The translations under genes were made by a program, and so were the position numbers. The notes under the pieces were generated by a model. The model made no database searches. It worked only from the letters and a program-made list of their open reading frames with translations, and had not been told where the DNA came from. A DNA stretch of 64,000 nucleotides from the NCBI GenBank assembly GCA_047495785.1, contig JBLDXI010000006.1, positions 124,001-188,000 of the forward strand, read 5' to 3'. Below are positions 35,854-48,266 of this stretch, piece by piece (positions within the stretch are counted from its first letter, which is position 1; each line of letters begins with the position of its first letter). Source of the stretch: Lepidodermella squamata. Lineage: Eukaryota > Animalia > Gastrotricha.

Positions 35854-38515
35854 GGTAGATCCGCACGGTATATTGCGCGAGTGGAATTTTCCGCATCTGG
35901 ACTGGAACTTTCCGCACGATTTAAATAGGAATTATCCGCATCAGTTTTCAAATTGAGTGGAATTTTCCGCATGAAGTCAAAATTCGAAATTGAAATCCCA
36001 AAATTAATTTGAGTGGAATTTTCCGCACAACTTTTATTTTAGAGAGGAATTTTCCGCACGAGAAATTAAAGAATAAATGCAAGTTTTAATCATCACAATC
36101 TGAGCTGTCCCTCATATCAGCAATAGCGCTGGCTTCATCATCAGTGCCTTCATCATCACTGGTGGCGTCAATATCGACCTCATCGAGAATAAGTGTTTCA
36201 GGCTTCGGCTTCTTTTCCTTTAAGTCGATCAGGCAATGGGACACACTGTCGAGGAATTGAATATAGCCAAGTCGACCGTTAGCCAACTCAGCCCAGAAGG
36301 CCTTGATACGATCTGTTACGTTCTGGTATACCCTCTTCCTCGACAGCTTATAATTGGCCGCCTTTGCAAGACGAAGACGAGTTGTTGTGATCCGGTGCTC
36401 GCGGATAAGCAAATTCGAGAATCGCCACACATTAAGGTGGACACCGTGTGCGACTTTGTTGACATGGCTGTTCCAACCTTCTACGAAGTTATTGGTGCGG
36501 AAATCATTGCCGTAGACGTTCCACGACTGCATGCCAACAGTCTCGAACCAGTAGTTATTGAAGTAGTCCAGAAATTTCGTCAATTCATCGTGGGCCGGAG
36601 CTTCATTTCGAATTTGGAAAAACGCCGTTCGAACCAGATTGATCGGTAGCAAAGCCAGGGCCATGCACCGGCGGATCGCTTTTCGAACTAAACTACCTGG
36701 TTCCACGTATTCGTTCCACAATCCCAGAGAAGCCAACTTCCGAAGAAGAGCTTGGCAGAAGTGGAAATGGCAGCCAATTATCGTACAGCCCCAAATCGTC
36801 AATGCTGAGTGAATCAAAGCCCATTCGTAGTCACAGGTGAATTGGGTCATTGTCATTGAGCCAGCAAGACGTTCCATTTCTGACCGAAGGTATCTGAACA
36901 CTTTCTCGTACAACTCCTTAGACCGATTCGTCATCAAAACATAAGCACAAGGAGCTGAAAACGATTGAGGCGACTCGGGTGGTGGTCGAGGAACACGCTC
37001 GAGAGTATGAAAAGTTAGCAATTGTGAAAACTGAGGCGGGCAAACCTTGAATGTCCCATCGCCAAAAGCCCTTTCAGACCGAGCTAGTCGCTTCAAATCT
37101 TCATCGGTGGCATACACCACAAAAGCACCCGGCTTCGGAATATCACGGCAGATTTCCCATTTGCGAAGAAACTTTTCGTCCATGCTGGTTTGGGTATATT
37201 TCAACACTTTCTCGTCAACGCAACCGTCAACTCCATCAAGCTGTGAAAAAAACCCGTTAACAGTTTTAGAATTTCGAGGCTCAATGGAGGTTCGTATTTG
37301 CCGAAACGACTTGCCGCACGAACTATATTTAGGCACCACGGAATCGAACTCGGCTACATCCAAGTTCCAGCGTTGTAGACGTTCACCTGCTTTAGACAAT
37401 TCATCATCGTAAATTTCCGGTACAGAACTTGCAACATCGGTCGCAACTCTCCGCCTTATCTCGGACATCATGATTTCCTTCTCAGCGTGTCCATAGCTGG
37501 GTGAACACTTTTGAACACCGCTAAATCCAACTACAGCGGTACCATCAGAGTTAAGGACAGGACTAGCAGAACATTCAGTACAGCGATACTTTTCAGTACT
37601 TGGTATCCAGCGGTAACAGTACCCACCGTAAGCAATACATTTTGTACCTTTGGTGTTGATGTAATGGCGTAAAGGTGGTTGAATGAAAGCAGGCGGAGCT
37701 GGTCGTGGAACCGGAGGTAAGTTCTGAGGTTGAAAAACAAACGGCTGTTGCGTCGTAATAGGCGTCATAGGCGGCTGAAGAGCTGTAAAGAGTTGAGCCG
37801 GTTGAGTTGGCTGCGAAACTTGGCGATTCTCCGCAAGCCAGTTGCTGTGCCACTGTTGTTGATACTGGCTAAACATAAATGCCATGAAGTCGTGGGGTGA
37901 AGGAGGTACAACCACAGGTGGAATCGGAGGAACAGGCCTGGGCGTTGAAGCCAATCTAGGCTCAATGTTGGACTCATGTAAGGCGAACGAAATTTCAGGC
38001 TGTGCCGGGGGCAACAAATTTGAAGAGGAGGCGATAAATGACCGGCCGGTGTCAGAGGAAGACTCGTTTATTGCTGTAGAAGTGGAATTTATAATGGGAC
38101 TCGAGATCAAATAATAGCCTGATCTTACATTGTTGACTCGCCGGCGTCTGTTGTTGTTGCTTATGCGCTTTACCTTTGTGAATAGCGAGACCTCTAGCTG
38201 AAGCATAAGTCTTTCCATCATTGCATATATCGCACTTAAGCTCCATTTCATCAAACAAAAAGGGATAAATTGACAAGAATGATACGGTGACCAACGGGTT
38301 AAGCTTGTCGCGTGCGGGAATTGCCGCTCCAAATTTTTTGTCGATTACGCAACACCAACGCCATGCGGAAATTTCCGCGATTTTTCTTTTCATGCGGAAA
38401 ATTCCGCGATTTATTTAATCTGAACTCGTGCGCAAAATTTCCATCACTCATTATTCTATGCGGAAATAATACGTGCGGAAAATTCCACTGTACGAATATA
38501 CCGTGCGGATCTACC
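35854..38515 (-). mobile_element. Mutator-like (MULE) DNA transposon with TIRs and subterminal repeats
   Basis: Termini ggtagatccgcacggtatatt / aatataccgtgcggatctacc, and arrays of tggaattttccgca in inverted orientation at both ends. Encloses a transposase gene. Confidence 0.9.
36086..38246 (-). CDS. MULE transposase with N-terminal C2H2 zinc finger and FLYWCH-like domain; exons 38246-38129, 38073-36086
   Basis: DDE motifs FGDGTF, CDYE, GCHFHFCQ and RTNNFVEGWNS. Exon 1 MELKCDICNDGKTYASARGLAIHKGKAH splices in frame via a phase-1 intron. Confidence 0.9.
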
Positions 38516-39111
38516 TCTGAATCGAAAAAACCAGGTTTTATGACGATGGATTTGAACCAAAGTTGGTATTACATACTCGCACTGAGTTTCAATAATTTCC
38601 GAGGCGAATATCCATTCTTCATGAGTGTGCCATGTGCAAATGTTAAAATTATGGTACCAGTATGGAATTTATGATATTTTTTATTCAAGTATGATTAACC
38701 GACATTATTTCATGGTTCGATAATATTATATTATATTATATGGTTCGACCCCGCTCGTTCATCGATCTTAAAAGTGGTATCAAAAATCCACGATCTAAAA
38801 TATCACCGCATAACCCCACTTTTCACTTTTCAAATTTCAAGTTATATTTATACCTTGTATCTTGTATCTAATTTTGTCCGCTCTCGCAAAAATACTGGCT
38901 GTGAAGAAAGTACATGCTGCGAACATGCGAAATTCGATTTGTTGTTTTCAAGTGAAATTGAGATATCTCAGTGAAACTGATACGCGAATGTTAAGGCACA
39001 ACACGAACATTTTTCCATTTATTTGCTTATTTTAATTGGAAGCCAGCAAGCGCGCTCGAGTAATTTGGTAATATATATCGATTAAAGCGATCGAGCAGAT
39101 GTCCCATATTA

Positions 39112-40125
39112 TCACTTTTTCTCAGTGAAAATGATGCGCGAATATGCTGGAACCAGGAACTTGTTGCTATCCAGCGTCGACGAAAACAGCCCGTGATGGG
39201 CGATGAATTTCTTCTCATCGCCGCCGATGACCTGCCACTCGACATTGGTCACGTGCGCCCGCATGTCATACTGCGACGATTGCTGCGGCTTGTTAAACAA
39301 ATCAATCAACCAACCGCAGTAATAATCAGGGTGCCCAGAACCGCAGTATTTCACCCAGAAAATCTTCGACCAAAACTGCGTGTCCAGCTTACCGGCCCGA
39401 ACTTGGCCAGAAATTTTCTCGCAAATTTCCAGCGTGGTTTTCAAATATTTTTTAATCTCAGCACCTGGTAGCAAATCGGCCCAATTTGTCAGGGCGGATT
39501 CAATTTTGGTCCAGTCTTCAAGAGTACCTTCAAGTCGGACCTTTTTAATGCCGCAAAGGGTGCAGTCATACAAGTAGTAGGGCGAGGCGGCTTCGGCAAA
39601 AGCGGCCAAACGAGCTTCTCGCGATATTTCAGTGTCAGTCGTGAAATCGGGCAGCAATTTCTCGATCGCACTCGGAATTCTCTCGCGCAGCGCCGCGGTT
39701 AATTTTTCGAAATCAATGCACTTTGCCGTGTCTTGAACAATGACAATCTGCTGTTTGTACGGCTTGTCCGTAAATATCGATCGGCATTCCTCGTGATTTT
39801 TGATGACGTAATGCGCAATTTCGTTGTAAACTGTGAAATAGAAGAGATCGGGCCGGAAGACGATGCCTGCGTGGCTTGCCCAGCAGCTTCTAACGTAACC
39901 AACCAGGTTGCGGTGCATCCATGGCGAGTTTGTTGGGATTGAGCTTTCGTAGATTTGCCACTTTGACCGCGCCTCTTCGTCGACTTCACCGCCTTTGCCG
40001 CAGTGCATGCTTCCGATAAGATCGATCAACTGTCTGTACACCCAGTTTTCATCGCCAGGGCTGGACTGAAACTGCGAAGCGTCCACCTCTTCGAGTTCCG
40101 GATCGACTACAGCTTCAATGACCAT
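39112..40125 (-). CDS. DUF4419-family protein, intronless
   Basis: 'HAGIVFRPD', 'LLPDFTT', 'PYYLY..LCGIKKVRLEGTLEDW', 'FWSKI' and 'CGSG...GW' are the characteristic DUF4419 motifs. Confidence 0.8.
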   Translation of the reverse strand: MVIEAVVDPELEEVDASQFQSSPGDENWVYRQLIDLIGSMHCGKGGEVDEEARSKWQIYESSIPTNSPWMHRNLVGYVRSCWASHAGIVFRPDLFYFTVYNEIAHYVIKNHEECRSIFTDKPYKQQIVIVQDTAKCIDFEKLTAALRERIPSAIEKLLPDFTTDTEISREARLAAFAEAASPYYLYDCTLCGIKKVRLEGTLEDWTKIESALTNWADLLPGAEIKKYLKTTLEICEKISGQVRAGKLDTQFWSKIFWVKYCGSGHPDYYCGWLIDLFNKPQQSSQYDMRAHVTNVEWQVIGGDEKKFIAHHGLFSSTLDSNKFLVPAYSRIIFTEKK

Positions 40126-40161
40126 TTTCAAATAAATTAAGAATTATATCCTAGAAAATTG

Positions 40162-41183
40162 CAGGGTTGCAAAACATGCAGAAATGGCGCATGGGATGCG
40201 CAGGAAATTTTCGAAATTTCGCCGAAATTAGGAAATTTTGGCTAGGAAACTCATTTTAAAACGCTTGGAAAACGCTTGAAAGTGCCAGGAAAAGCTAGGA
40301 AGCTGCCATGAAAACACTATATCAGCAAGGCGAAAACTAGTTTAGTACTTTGATTAATCGATACAAATAATCGATATTCGAAGAGCAAAACTCGATAATT
40401 CACATTTTCAGAAGACCGATGCATGAAAGCCGAGGCCACCAATGAATTCCTCGTGAAAAATTACCCTAGAACATGTCTCGCACTGCTAGAAAATTTGCAA
40501 TTTTGAACAAGGTAATAAAAATGCGATAATTGCTTTATGGCACCTAATTATCTCCAGATAAAATTATAGATAAAAAAAATTCTACAAAAGCCATTCGATT
40601 TCGCTCAGGAAATTTACCCCTCTGGAGTTTCTAAGGGGATTTCGACATCAAAAACGCCGAGTCACCGCAATATTTTGATGTTTTTAATTTCGAGGTTTCA
40701 AATTACCGTTGCCGACAAAAACCGGAAGCAAAAACTACAACACTACAACTTTTGATTGGTGAAGTGTATGGAGCTCAAAATTTACACTAAGGGGTAATTC
40801 AATGCGGGGAATTCAACGGCGCTATCAGTTTTTTGATATTCCCGATCGACTTCGATTATCGGTGATTATCGATTATCGATTTCGATTGTTTTTATCAATT
40901 TTCACAGCGAAATCGTGATATCGTTAGCGTCGTTGAATAACTCGAATTTAGGCTTGTTTACATTCTTTTCAAGGCGAGAATTGACAAGTAAAAGTCTTTT
41001 GTTTTTTTGTCGCTTCATTCATGTTGAAAAAGCCGCTTTTTACATGACACTTTTCACCATGAAACGGATGTAAACAAGCCTAAATCCGAGTTATTCAACG
41101 ACGCTAACGATATTGGGTATTTCATAGGAAATTAGGAAATTTTGAGTTTCTGCGCAGGAAGCTCTGCATGTTTTGCAGCCCTG
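40162..41183. mobile_element. Non-autonomous hAT-type MITE, copy 2
   Basis: TIRs cagggttgcaaaacatgcag / ctgcatgttttgcagccctg and an 8-bp TSD with one mismatch (gaaaattg/gaaaaatg). Long blocks are near-identical to 11729-12557. Confidence 0.9.
40921..41110. mobile_element. 190-bp MITE nested in hAT MITE copy 2
   Basis: ~60-bp imperfect TIRs tcgttagcgtcgttgaataactcg.../...cgagttattcaacgacgctaacga with a TA (or ATAT) duplication. Absent from copy 1 (gtgatattggg). Confidence 0.85.
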
Positions 41184-42697
41184 GAAAAATGATCAAATAA
41201 ATGTTGTGGAATTTTTTAAGTGATTTTAGAAATGTTCCGAAGTTCTTTAAATGTTTAGTAATTTTTCGGAATTTTATCGAATGTTTTTCCGAGTATCAAT
41301 AAGACAGTGAATTAGCTGGTACTTTTTAAAAAAGGAAGAAAAAATATTCGCCTCTTAGTGTACATAGCAATCAAAGAAAAGTGTGCGAAATGAGTCTAAA
41401 GCGAGATAAGGCATGTATTTACCATCAACTCTTGTGGGTAAAGGTGAATCATCACAAAAGATGCTGTTTTATATTAGCCAGGTGTAGCAATAATATATTT
41501 ATTGTCGAGCAATGTTTGTATTCGCGACCCTCTTGAATTCGATATCGCGGAATGCGGATGACACAACGACTTGCCTATAATCGAAACAAATGGCGTGTGG
41601 CCACAGACTTTCAACAAAACTTTCAAAAACTTTCACTAAACATGCCGGAAAGACGCTTTCCGCTTTCCACAACCACAACTTGTTGAAGAAACGTGTGCAT
41701 TTAAGGCTCAGTCTGTTTTTTATCATCACAGTGTAATTCATTGCCATCAATGCATTTAATACAATGATTAATCATCATAAAACATTAATAAGCATATTTG
41801 TTACATTTGACCGGTAACAAGTGAAAAGTGGGGTTTGGTAAAATCTTTGACATCTCTTTGGCTGTGAGATTTTGCAGCCGCTCTAAGAATTTGATGGAAT
41901 CAAAGTAATGCTTGCACGGCATTCGAAATCTATATGCCTTTTCGGCGATCGACCCTTTGGGATCTCACGTCTTTGAAAAGGGTGGGAGCCTCGTAGAGGT
42001 CTTCTTTCTTTTTCCAATTCAAAATCTTCAAGAAAATATAAGTAAGAAAACGCTGGAATCGTCCCACTTGAAGTCAAAACACTACAGAAAATACGCAAAA
42101 CCTCACTTTTCACTTGTTAACAGTCATTTCATTCAACTTACTTCTGAAACTTCAACTTCTTATTATTATCATTGTTCACTAATATTATTACAATAGTATT
42201 CACTTATAGTATTGGATGACACGATACAAGGCAAAAAAACCTTCCGCAAGTTAGTTGACGTTTAAGGAGGAGGGCCGGTTGGCAGGTAAAATCAAAATGA
42301 TGGATAGACAAAAGCCTGAGAGCGATAGGATGCTCAGGTGGCGATTGAAAAATTCTGAGAAGTTGATACTATTTGGCGATGTGCACAAGAACGCGTATAA
42401 ATATCTATGGTCACATGACCGCGGTTCACCAAATATAAAACGCGGTTTCCTTCGACAAAAGGACTTGGAACTACAAAGGGCCTGTCGTAAGCTTTGCAAT
42501 GACTTTTTCATGGCTGAATTCGGTTGTTTGCGCCTTATCCGGATTTGATGATTTTTGACGCCGGATAACTGATATGGTTGTCATCGGTGGACAGCGATGG
42601 ATATTCCTCCTTCAGGCCGATATCCATCGTGCTATCCACCTATGATATCCACCCGGATATTGTATAATATTGAGCTTGGGGTTTAATAACCCCGAAT

Positions 42698-43080
42698 CGG
42701 CAAGGCTCAACATGTTTGTCGGGTGGATTTTCGACTGGTACACCTCCGGCAACTAGTATTGTCAATAACGGCTATTTCTTCTACTTGCGGCTATGCCGGC
42801 GTACTTCCATGTGTTCATTATTCAATCGCTCATCAAGGGAGACGAATTAAATGAATAATTTAAGCGAACGTGCTTTCATTTCCAGACTTTCAGCAGAATC
42901 TTAACCAAATAATAGTAACTTTATTGGGCAAACTTTTCCAACCGCCTCCAACCGCCTCCAACCTGGAAGGAAATCTCGAGAAACTTACATGTGCATATTG
43001 GGACATAACTGTGGAGTAATTTCGAGTGGCGCAGTGTGAATATTCAAATGAGGGTCGAAAAGGTGCGAGCTGAAATTATT
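42698..43080 (+). pseudogene. Degenerate copy of the 3' half and 3' flank of the 35079-35594 gene; shorter copies at ~43474-43545 and ~44210-44250
   Basis: 'aacatgtttgtcgggt.gattttcgactggtac', 'ggctatttctt', 'ttcaatc.ctcatcaaggg' and 'gtgaatattcaaatgagggtc' recur with indels. Confidence 0.75.
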
Positions 43081-43620
43081 TAAGAAAATAAGTAACTAAA
43101 CAAATGTAGAAAAATGTGAAAAAACTGGAAGTATAATGGTGTGGCTTCGAATACTCAAGTTGTGGTTATTCTCACTGAAATATCGAATTTCAATGATTAC
43201 AAAACAAGTGTTGGGTTCTTTGCCTAATATTTCCTGACTCTACAGGGCGTTCGCGTAATAATCTTCTAAAAAAGTTTGAGCAGAAATTTGGGACATAAAA
43301 TTCACTAAGAATTTATTTACAAATAATAACAATACAAATAATTTACAAATAATAAAAATTACAAATACAAATAATAAATCTAATTAATAACAGATAAATT
43401 TCAAAAAATAGCTACATAGCTACAGGGCGTTCGCGTAATACTCTTTTTGCTACTTTTTGCATGCATTTTCGGGTGCGGCGAGACGCCGAACATGTTTGTC
43501 GGGTCGATTTTCGACTGGTACCTGCACGACGACGCGGCGACTCGCGGCGATTCGAGCGTTGACTCGCCAGTTTAGCTACTAGCATTCTAGGTTCGATTTG
43601 CAGTGTCAAAGTCCATCTGT

Positions 43621-43971
43621 TTTTTGCAGGGTGTGGTCGTGTGGTCGGGTCGGTGGGAGCGGTCGCGCTGGTGGTTGCAAACAATGAGGCTTGTTCGGTA
43701 AAGCTATAAGCACTCGCCCTAGTGGCGAAATCATGAACCATCGTAGCGTAGCGGCTGAGGAGGCTGATATTGCCTGGGAGTTCGATGGTTCGATTCCGGC
43801 TGAGGTCGTCAAATTTTTGTAGTGAATAAGTTTTTCAGTTCGACTAGTTTTCCTTATTGCAGTTTTAGCTTGGGAAAACTAATCTACGCCATCCAAAAAT
43901 GACGATTAAAAAACTAATTCACTAAAAAATGCGACCACCTTAGCTGGTTTTTAATGAAACACCCTGCAAAA
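43621..43971. mobile_element. MITE-like element with ttttgcagggtgt/acaccctgcaaaa ends and an internal tRNA-like A/B box
   Basis: Terminal 13-bp inverted repeat and an internal imperfect inverted repeat (~43797-43845 vs ~43903-43947). A-box tagcgtagcgg, B-box ggttcgattcc. Confidence 0.5.
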
Positions 43972-45071
43972 TAGAAAAAAGCGTGTGGCCACAGACCGAT
44001 ATTGAGACTGCGAATGAGAATGGCAATTGATCGGGAAAGTTTCGCCGAGGTTTTCACAATTTTGGATAGGATTAAGCCGGATTTGGAACTACAAAAGGCC
44101 TGTCGCTAACTTTGCAATGAATTTTCGGTTGAATTCTGTTATTTGCGCGATTTTAAGCTTGATATTAAATTAATATTAAATTGATGATAATTGATTTTGA
44201 GCCGGAATCGGCAAGGCCCAACATGTTTGTCGGGTAGATATTCGACTGCTCCCTGAATGAAACAGACAAATCGCACTATTAATTTATCGCTATTATATTA
44301 ATTTACGATTTAAAATGAAAAAATAAATTAAAATTTAATTAATTAAATTAAGCAAGCAATGTTTTTATTTGATCAAAAAAGCAAACTAGCACCGGCCATC
44401 GGCTTTGGGCGCGTCTTGATTGATTAAATTAATCAATTAAGAAAATGTAGGCATTTCAATTAGAAATTTTCACGTCAAAACCTAAATTTTCGAGGCACGC
44501 GGCTTGTTCAGGGTTAAAGTGACAACTTGACTTGAAATTTCCCCAGTCGGGCGCAATTTTCCAGAACATTTATGTTATCTTTGAATTGTTCTGTGTATTT
44601 TTCTGCGTACTTATTTTTTGCATTTTTGTATGAATGATTTGAAAAATGTTCCGGTTTCAGCCATAGACAGCTATGAATAGATTTCCGCCTCATTTAAACT
44701 TGAACCAGGGACACAAACTTGCAGGCCATTCCTCTTATCTGGCTGAAAATGATAAAACCCTATAACCGAGCACGTGCGTTACTGTTGAAACACCGCGACT
44801 TCGAAAGCGTGTTTCAGCCCAACACAGGGCTGAGCGGCGCCGAATAAGCGCGAATACACTTTAAAAACGCCTCGCCATTTACATTTCTCATTTCAGTATA
44901 GCCTTGATTTGTCTTTTTTCACGAAAATGACATTATTATCGGGCACTTTCAACATTGAGAACGAAGCTCAATTTAGAGAGAATACAGTTAAAAAATTCAA
45001 TTTTTTTAATTTAATGTTGTCAAATTATTGTCGTTCTTTAGTTCATTTTTTTTAAAGATTTTACGAGTCGA

Positions 45072-45500
45072 ATGACTCATCATCTTCAAGCCTTGCTATT
45101 GTTGGCACTGACGCTGGTGTTCAGTGACAAGGCTGGGTGCAACCGATTGGACTGGGTTCGCTGCTTCTCAAAGCTGACTAAAAAATTCACTAGCTGCGCC
45201 CCAGCTGCCAATGGCTGTAATGCACTTCGAGAATATCAGGTTGGCTTCGCTTTGATACTTGTTAACTGAAATAATAATATATCTCTGTCTACGCAGTTGG
45301 GTTCAGTTTTCCACCGATCCGGCGTGTGCTACCGTGGGGTGAGTTTCTATTCAATTTTTCGTCAAAATTCCGATAATATTATATTTTGCTTGCAATTTTA
45401 TCCGCAGAATGCTCGCATGTGCTACGCATACGAATCGCTGGCTCCGATTTGCGTGCCTGGCAATATTGGCTGCAACAAGCCGGGTGAAATGAGTGTATGA
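45072..45500 (+). CDS. Secreted Cys-rich protein (exons 45072-45239, 45297-45338, 45408-45500); may be the 5' part of the lectin gene
   Basis: Signal peptide MTHHLQALLLLALTLVFS and in-phase GT-AG introns. The Cys pattern is homologous to the exons at 47294-47724. Confidence 0.65.
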
Positions 45501-47293
45501 CATAACTTCGATAACTGCGTAGGGCAAAACCATGATTTCGATGATTAAAAATCTTAATTCAAAAATTTATGATAATTGATAGAAAGGTGTGTTAGGGGGA
45601 TTAAGAGGCGGCTTTAGGTCGACATTGAAACAATTAATTTAAAAAAATTTGAAAAAATTTGCAAAATTAATAAAAAATTAAATTAAAAAACTAATTTTTT
45701 TTAAATTTTGTAAAAAGGAAAATTTTATTAGGTGCGCTGATATACCCATTCCAAAATTTCCTTATTTTTAGTGGAATATTCAGATGAACTGAAAAGTGGC
45801 ATGATAAAAATTAGGATACTCCTCGGCAGAATTTCACGAATCAAAGTATTGATTTTTCTTGACATTATACAACGTTTATTTCCAGTTATTTTGGTTCGAC
45901 AATTCTACAATATTGCTCAACCTACCGTTCAATCTCAAAGAATGTGAGAAGAAACGAGATGTATTCGATGTAAGACTGTTAAAACTACAAACGCTTGCTC
46001 CCGATCAGGCTTTGTTTCCTTGTTCTAGAAACTGCCATTCAGGCGGTGCACCTTCAACAACTACACCAGAACTTGTGTTCCAACTCCGTACAATTGCCCG
46101 AACAATTGGGTAAGTTGGCAATCTAACAATTCCATCAGCAAATTAATTATTTTCGATTTTTTAAAGACCTTTTATCAATTTTCAAAATTAATAATAAAAT
46201 AATAAATAACATAATAAAGAGCGGGGTTTTTTCAATGTCGATTTTCCCAAAAATTTCATAGCTGATTGAGCTGCCTTTAAAGAGAACATCTATATTAAAA
46301 CCCATCTTTTTCTGCCACCCTATATTTAAAATATCCTGTAGGGTGACTACAACCCCAGGGTGTCTGAAAAGCATATCTCCGCGCTGGGAAATCGTATAAA
46401 TTCGGGGAAAACGGATAAATGACCAGTGTCTCGTAGGCTTGGTGATGAGCTAGGAGCCGTTTTTTGGGACTGTCACCAAACGGCACTAAAATGTCATCAA
46501 AATCGATTTTGCACGAAGTATCACCTATGACCCAACTGATTGCATTTCTAGATAGATCTCATCACGCTGATGAACTTGTTCTTTGAGAGCGGCTTCCTAG
46601 CTATCACCGTTCTTGAGATAATCGTCCTGGTGTGGCAAAAGGTAAGGTCACGTGACAACTTGACACTGGAATATCTCAATAACGGTAGATGATAAAAATA
46701 TGCGGTTTTCAGATTCTTAATCCCCGAATTTTTCTCTATCGGAAAAGCACGTGTCAAAAGGGAAAGAAAAATGTCAATATTTTCCGAAAGCATTCTGGGC
46801 TTTAATGGTTTTTTATGCTATTATTATAATTATAGTTTCCCTTCTTTCGATATAGGAAACCGGGTCGACGATCTATTCAAATCTATCATCGTGTACCAAC
46901 GGACCGAGTAAGACCACTTTTTTCATAAATTTGATGAAGTTGATAATTGCTGTCAAAATTTAGCATTTTAATACTTAAAAATGCAATAAGCTACCGCCCG
47001 GAAAAAACCGCCCGGAAACGGAACCGAAATTTGCATAATTTATTCCCCAAAAAAATCATCCTCAAAACTTTCGAGAGCTTTCGTCAGAAATCCGATTAAA
47101 TTACCTTGATTTAAGGCCTGATACTACCTTGATAGAGATCACGGCCTAACCATTTTCCGAAAATGACAATTTTTTAAAGTTTGCATTTGGTTTCGACCGC
47201 AAGTTTTGAAGACGCCTTAAATAATGAGATTGCAAATTTTTAATTTTGCTGCCGCACCGCACCGCCGTGTGACTATTTTTTTGTCTATTTCAG

Positions 47294-48266
47294 TCAATGT
47301 TCCAATCACCGAGAAGCCGCACATTCGTTGTTTCGTTTCTAAGACTGGCTCTTTCGCCAACTGCCGGCCGCAGAGCTCTGGCTGCTCTGCTAACAACGAA
47401 ACTCAGCAGTTTTCGACAGGCGATTTCATCAACCTCGCCACTTGCCTAGCCGGCGTGAGTTTCAATCAACTGCATTAATACAGTCGTCACGGGTGAACGA
47501 ATGAAAAGCGCCCTAATATCCCGTTATTTTCTAAATATTTCGCATTCAATTTAATTTGAAGAATTTCACCTCAAATTCGATGTTAAAAAATTTCTTTAAA
47601 TTAAAGCCAGAATTCGTGAAATTTAGTTCCACTTTATTTTTTATTACAGAACGCTGCTCAATGCCAAGATGCATCGACAAATAAGACTTCATGCTATGCT
47701 GTTTGCCCGCAGAACCTAACACAGGTAGAAGAGCTTCAAATACCTCGCTCGGATAAAATTAATATTTTTCGCAATTTAAGGTCAAGTTGTACACTGACCC
47801 GCGGGGCTTCAAATTCAACAATGACAAGTGTAAACAGGATATCGCCCCGGTGAGTTCGACAAATTCATCATCGATTTATCAGTTAATTGCGTTATATATT
47901 GCGCAGCCTAATCCGTTCACTGTCTTCGCATCAACCATGCCTAAGACGCAAAGTGAAGCGAGAAGTCTTTGCGGCTCGGGTACTCAATTGGCTATCATTA
48001 AAACTGAAGACGAACGGCAAGCTGCTTACGAAGCAATGGTCAAAGCAGGCGTCACAGAAGCTTGGATCAATTTGGCGAATGAGGCTGGTAGTTGGAAGTG
48101 GTATGATCGCTCTCTGTACGCAAACATGCCGCCTTGGGTGAACGGCCAACCGAGCGGAGGGCTCACATGCAATGCCGTGGCAACCATCAAAAACCAAGAA
48201 CTGTTTGTCAAGGACACAGCTTGCAACGCGGCCTCAACCAGCGCCTACATGTGTAAAAAAACCTGA
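47294..48266 (+). CDS. Cys-rich domain + C-type lectin domain; exons 47294-47454, 47650-47724, 47781-47849, 47907-48266 (5' exon not resolved)
   Basis: CTLD motifs 'EARSLC..LAII', 'AWINL', 'WKWYD', 'W..GQP', 'C..KDTAC..YMC'. Intron phases are consistent. Confidence 0.75.

Noticed and set aside
38247-38332. ORF-track N-terminus of the 748-aa transposase
   Set aside because: It starts at a non-ATG codon. The spliced C2H2 exon in another frame is a better model.
35845-38524. Target-site duplication of the MULE
   Set aside because: The flanks cggtgaaac and tctgaatcg do not match well enough.
41499-42548. Short ORFs in the repeat patchwork
   Set aside because: No motifs, no coherent splice model, and they overlap duplicated non-coding blocks.
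43735-43810. tRNA gene
   Set aside because: A and B boxes are present, but I could not build a convincing acceptor or anticodon stem. It is more likely a tRNA-derived piece inside a repeat.
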